This document shows positions 60,709-64,000 of a stretch of DNA of 64,000 nucleotides, one piece after another; position 1 is the stretch's first letter; every line of letters begins with the position of its first letter. Both the position numbers and the translations under genes were made by a program. Under the pieces are notes generated by a model, which made no database searches, was not told where the DNA came from, and was given only the letters and a program-made list of their open reading frames with translations. This DNA is from a virus, in IMG/VR virus record IMGVR_UViG_3300028029_000006, positions 312,236 through 376,235 of that record. One strand, 5' to 3'.

Positions 60709-60736
60709 AATATAACACCTCTAGGCGTGGCGTCAA
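60709..60736 (-). promoter_or_regulatory. Sigma70-like promoter of the Ro60/Ubl operon
   Basis: TTGACG-16 nt-TATATT with TGn extension; RBS AAAGGAG before ATG 60687. Confidence 0.75.
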
Positions 60737-61494
60737 GCTAAAGTTCAAACTGCTTTCTTACTTCATCTATTTTTAGTTTATTATGAAAGTCTAAATAATG
60801 TAAATGTACAATTTTCGTAGTTTTATGTTCAAGTAATTTATCGAAAACCGCTACATTTTCGCTATCAAAATTTGATTCTTCTTCTAGTGTACACTTATTG
60901 CAAATACGAGTTTTTATTCCTCGTATAGGTTTTAAATCATACTCATACCCTTCAAAAATTTTTGTTATTGCATAAATTAATTTATGATTGCAATTAGATT
61001 TTATTTCTGATATTAATTTCTCTTTTTTATCTTTAAGTTTCAATAATTTCTTGTTAATTTTTTTAATTTTATTCTTCATTTTATTTCCTTAATAATTAAC
61101 AAATGTTTAAATTCATTAATCAAATCTTTAAAGATATTTTCATTAATTTCAATGTTAATTGAATTATATGGACATCCTTTAATTAATTTAGCTGAAGAAT
61201 ATTTATTTGAAACATTTTCCCAAATATTAATTCCACAATCTATATCAACTAAATGTTGATGCAATGTTAAAGATATAATCATTAAAAATGAACCTTTCCA
61301 TCATCATAACATTTATTGCTACATTTTGCATGTTCAGATAAACAACTCTTCTTTTTATCTTTTATGCAATCACAAAAAACATGATCACAAAAATGCCTAC
61401 AATCATTTGGATCTTGATATGAACTATGGCAATCTCCATTAGTTTCATGTAATGGTTGAGAATTAATTACCAAAAATAATATCAAAAATAACAT

Positions 61495-62019
61495 TTATCT
61501 CCAAAAAGCAATTGCTAAAGCCGAAATGCTAGGACCATCTTGCATCTCTCCACTAATAAGCATTTTCTTGATAATGTCAATGGAAAAATACTGACAATCA
61601 ACAATTCCCTCTTCTTCTTGACGATTTTCTCCAATAGAAATTATATCTTTAGCAATGAATATATGCCCAATATTATTGGATAAACCAGCTCCAATTGGGA
61701 ACTTAGCAATTTCTTCCCATGAATTTGCGATTAACCCAGTCTCTTCTTGCAACTCTCGTTGAGCCGCAATCAATGGTTCTTGCCCATCTGTTGATCCAGC
61801 AGGAACTTCCCAAGACCAAGTATTAGTAGGATATCTAAATTGTTTTATTAAACAAACTTCTTTTAAAGAATTCATTGGTAAAATAAAAACTGATTCATGT
61901 TTATCTACTATGTAATAAGAGCTACTTTTACCATTTGGTCTGACTACTTTATCTTCCCTAATTGAGAAATAAGGGTTTGAGTAAACTCGTTTTTGGCTTA
62001 ATGTTTTCCAATATGTCAT
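61495..62019 (-). CDS. NUDIX hydrolase (ADP-ribose pyrophosphatase-like)
   Basis: QFRYP, WEVPAG, Nudix box G..DGQEPLIAAQRELQEETG. Confidence 0.9.
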   Translation of the reverse strand: MTYWKTLSQKRVYSNPYFSIREDKVVRPNGKSSSYYIVDKHESVFILPMNSLKEVCLIKQFRYPTNTWSWEVPAGSTDGQEPLIAAQRELQEETGLIANSWEEIAKFPIGAGLSNNIGHIFIAKDIISIGENRQEEEGIVDCQYFSIDIIKKMLISGEMQDGPSISALAIAFWR

Positions 62020-62049
62020 ATTTTACCTCAATAAAATCCCATATAAGGG

Positions 62050-62439
62050 ATGAAAAAGATATCTAAATTAGCTAGAAGGTTTAAGAAATTAAGTGATGAT
62101 TTAAAAGCTTCGGCTCTTAAGAACGCTACAAAAAACATTGGGTTTAATATTCGCAACAGATTAATTGATCAAGGTGATTCATCTATAAAATTCAACGTTG
62201 TTCAAGGTATAAGCAAATCACCCTCAAACTTTAAAGAAACACCATATATTAAAATGACTTTTTTTGTTTTTGATCCTATTCATGGGAATCATGAAAAAGC
62301 TTTGAAACAGTTTAATATGGTTATAGCTTTGTCAAAAAAACTACATCAAATGTTTGCAAAAGATGTTTTGAAAGATTTAGTTATTGAAATTAAGAATGGT
62401 GACATTCCAGGTGGAGCAAGTCAAGTAATTAAGAATTGA
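62050..62439 (+). CDS. Small protein with KISKLARRFKKLS leader
   Basis: Against the local gene flow; upstream AATA-N6-CATA-N6. Confidence 0.6.
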   Translation: MKKISKLARRFKKLSDDLKASALKNATKNIGFNIRNRLIDQGDSSIKFNVVQGISKSPSNFKETPYIKMTFFVFDPIHGNHEKALKQFNMVIALSKKLHQMFAKDVLKDLVIEIKNGDIPGGASQVIKN

Positions 62440-62509
62440 GCTGATGGAGGGAATCGAACCCACAACGTATCATTACAAAAGATATGTTTTACCGTTAAAC
62501 TACATCAGC
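62439..62509 (-). tRNA. tRNA-Thr(TGT)
   Basis: GCTGATG/CATCAGC, GTTT/AAAC D stem, TT-TGT-AA loop, GTGGG-TTCGATT-CCCTC. Confidence 0.85.
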
Positions 62510-62514
62510 TAAGC

Positions 62515-62538
62515 GCAAGGTATCTAATGATACCTTGC
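62515..62538. other. Perfect 10-bp hairpin between the MBL gene stop and tRNA-Thr
   Basis: GCAAGGTATC-TAAT-GATACCTTGC. Confidence 0.55.
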
Positions 62539-62545
62539 AATTATA

Positions 62546-63928
62546 TTACCAGTACCTGTTGTAAGGCAAAGTTCCGTAAGGAATGTTATCGAATGATGGG
62601 AACGCCCATGGTGGGAGTGCGCCAGGAGGAGCAGAAGGATCAACTACCGCAGCAGTTAAACGATGTAGGAAGACGAACCTAAGAAGCTCTTTTGCATGTT
62701 CACGACTTCCTGAAAAGCCAATTCGCTCAAAATATTTAGGAGCAAGTATTTCGTGCATCCTTAATGCAATTTCATCAAACAGCCTACTAATACCAGCTGA
62801 TGCATGAAAGTCATAAGGATCAGAAGGATTTCCATCATCTTCTAAATCATCTGGAAAGAAATCATCTGAAGTTAAACCATCAGCTTGAATTGAGCCTAAA
62901 GCTCCCCAAAATGCACCATGAAGGTCAAAAATCCATTCTTTTGCATGATCAATATCTTCTTTAACTTTTGCTCCTGAAGAAACATTAAAATGTCCCCACA
63001 CCCCTTGTTCGCAAACACCAGCATCTGCTAAACCACCTAAGTAATTAAGTAAAGTAATCATGCCGTCAACATTTTGCACAACAGACATATTAACAAATAC
63101 TAATCGACCAGGCTGGAGAATATCAACTACCATACAGCTTTTACCAGGAGTAATCACAATTGAATCAGCTGGAGTATGAGCTACAGCAACAGGTGTATGT
63201 AATCCAAATTGATGACCGTCAAACATGAACGTACCATCTCTCTTACGAATAACTGTAACACCAGGAATTTTGAAAATAGGAGTTACTAAAGGTAAATTAT
63301 TAACTTCAACTTCTCTTAAATACCATTTGCTAACAATAACTCTAATAGAAGGGTCAGCTAACTTAAGACCTAAAAGGTTACCAGTATGATCCGCATGAGG
63401 GTGACTAGGAACCATAGCTCCAATCGGTTTGGTTGGATCTAAAGCCTCAATTCTAGCTAGAAGTTGAGCAAGTTCTTTACCTCCACCTTGAAGCTGACCA
63501 TTAACAACAGGAGCAAACCCACTGTTATGACCACCCATATCTACAACTAGCTTCTTATGTGGACCAACCCAAACTAACGTTTGAAACAAGCCACACTGCA
63601 CAATGTATTCTTTTGAATGAGTAGTTGTGGCTAGTAGTTGAGTATGACAAAGCTGATCGACATATTCTGATGAATCAGATGATACTTGATACCTTTCACC
63701 ATTTGTTACTTGAGTTGATGATTCAGGAATAAAAACATCACTAGCTAAAGGAACCTCGGTTGGACTAGCAGTTACACTATCACACACTTGAGGCCCTGGA
63801 AGAGGTGAACTGCCCCCACCTCCTTGCGACATATGTTGACTAACAACTCCTACCGTTGGAGTTTCATTTGAGGTTGAACACCCCATCAGGGCTAAAATTA
63901 AAAAAGGGATTACTTTATTTAAACTCAT
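62546..63928 (-). CDS. Metallo-beta-lactamase-fold lipoprotein
   Basis: Lipobox LMGC; VVD, SHPHADHTG, AHT, D, GH; less AT-rich than its neighbours. Confidence 0.8.
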   Translation of the reverse strand: MSLNKVIPFLILALMGCSTSNETPTVGVVSQHMSQGGGGSSPLPGPQVCDSVTASPTEVPLASDVFIPESSTQVTNGERYQVSSDSSEYVDQLCHTQLLATTTHSKEYIVQCGLFQTLVWVGPHKKLVVDMGGHNSGFAPVVNGQLQGGGKELAQLLARIEALDPTKPIGAMVPSHPHADHTGNLLGLKLADPSIRVIVSKWYLREVEVNNLPLVTPIFKIPGVTVIRKRDGTFMFDGHQFGLHTPVAVAHTPADSIVITPGKSCMVVDILQPGRLVFVNMSVVQNVDGMITLLNYLGGLADAGVCEQGVWGHFNVSSGAKVKEDIDHAKEWIFDLHGAFWGALGSIQADGLTSDDFFPDDLEDDGNPSDPYDFHASAGISRLFDEIALRMHEILAPKYFERIGFSGSREHAKELLRFVFLHRLTAAVVDPSAPPGALPPWAFPSFDNIPYGTLPYNRYW

Positions 63929-64000
63929 ATTTTGTTTTTCTCTTTCTGTTATTGTTTTATTAATGTTTATATTTTACCTTTAAAATATAAAATTATCTTA

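Noticed and set aside
1-64000. Stop-codon reassignment as in some huge phages
   Set aside because: Long conserved genes are intact under the standard code, and TAA, TAG and TGA all end genes at natural junctions

Overview
AT-rich, gene-dense 64 kb segment that reads as part of a large (jumbo/huge) bacteriophage genome; this is inferred from gene content, since no capsid or terminase gene is in the window. Genes run mostly on + up to about 46 kb and mostly on - afterwards. It encodes nucleotide and auxiliary metabolism (purA, thyX, dut, dNMP kinase, two APS kinases, sulfate adenylyltransferase), translation-related genes (rpS21, IF3, peptide deformylase, tRNAs), DNA-processing genes (TopA, SbcCD, FtsK-like ATPase, HU-like, HNH, MT-A70) and many RNA end-healing/sealing enzymes (Rnl1-like ligase, Thg1-like, HAD and metallophosphoesterases, an intein-containing pol-beta nucleotidyltransferase). 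The standout locus is 52.9-60.7 kb (- strand). An operon with a divergent Ro60/TROVE-vWA protein and a JAB / ubiquitin-like / E1 / probable E2 conjugation set is followed by a self-contained ~1 kb transcription unit of tRNA-like RNAs. Five of these RNAs share one structured module (stem, ACUC internal loop, stem, flanked by ACAAGCA). The module occurs alone and in three different topologies relative to a tRNA body, one of them a circularly permuted tRNA resembling bacterial Y RNA (YrlA). Several single-base frameshifts suggest assembly indels. All calls come from reading motifs by eye; no searches were run.
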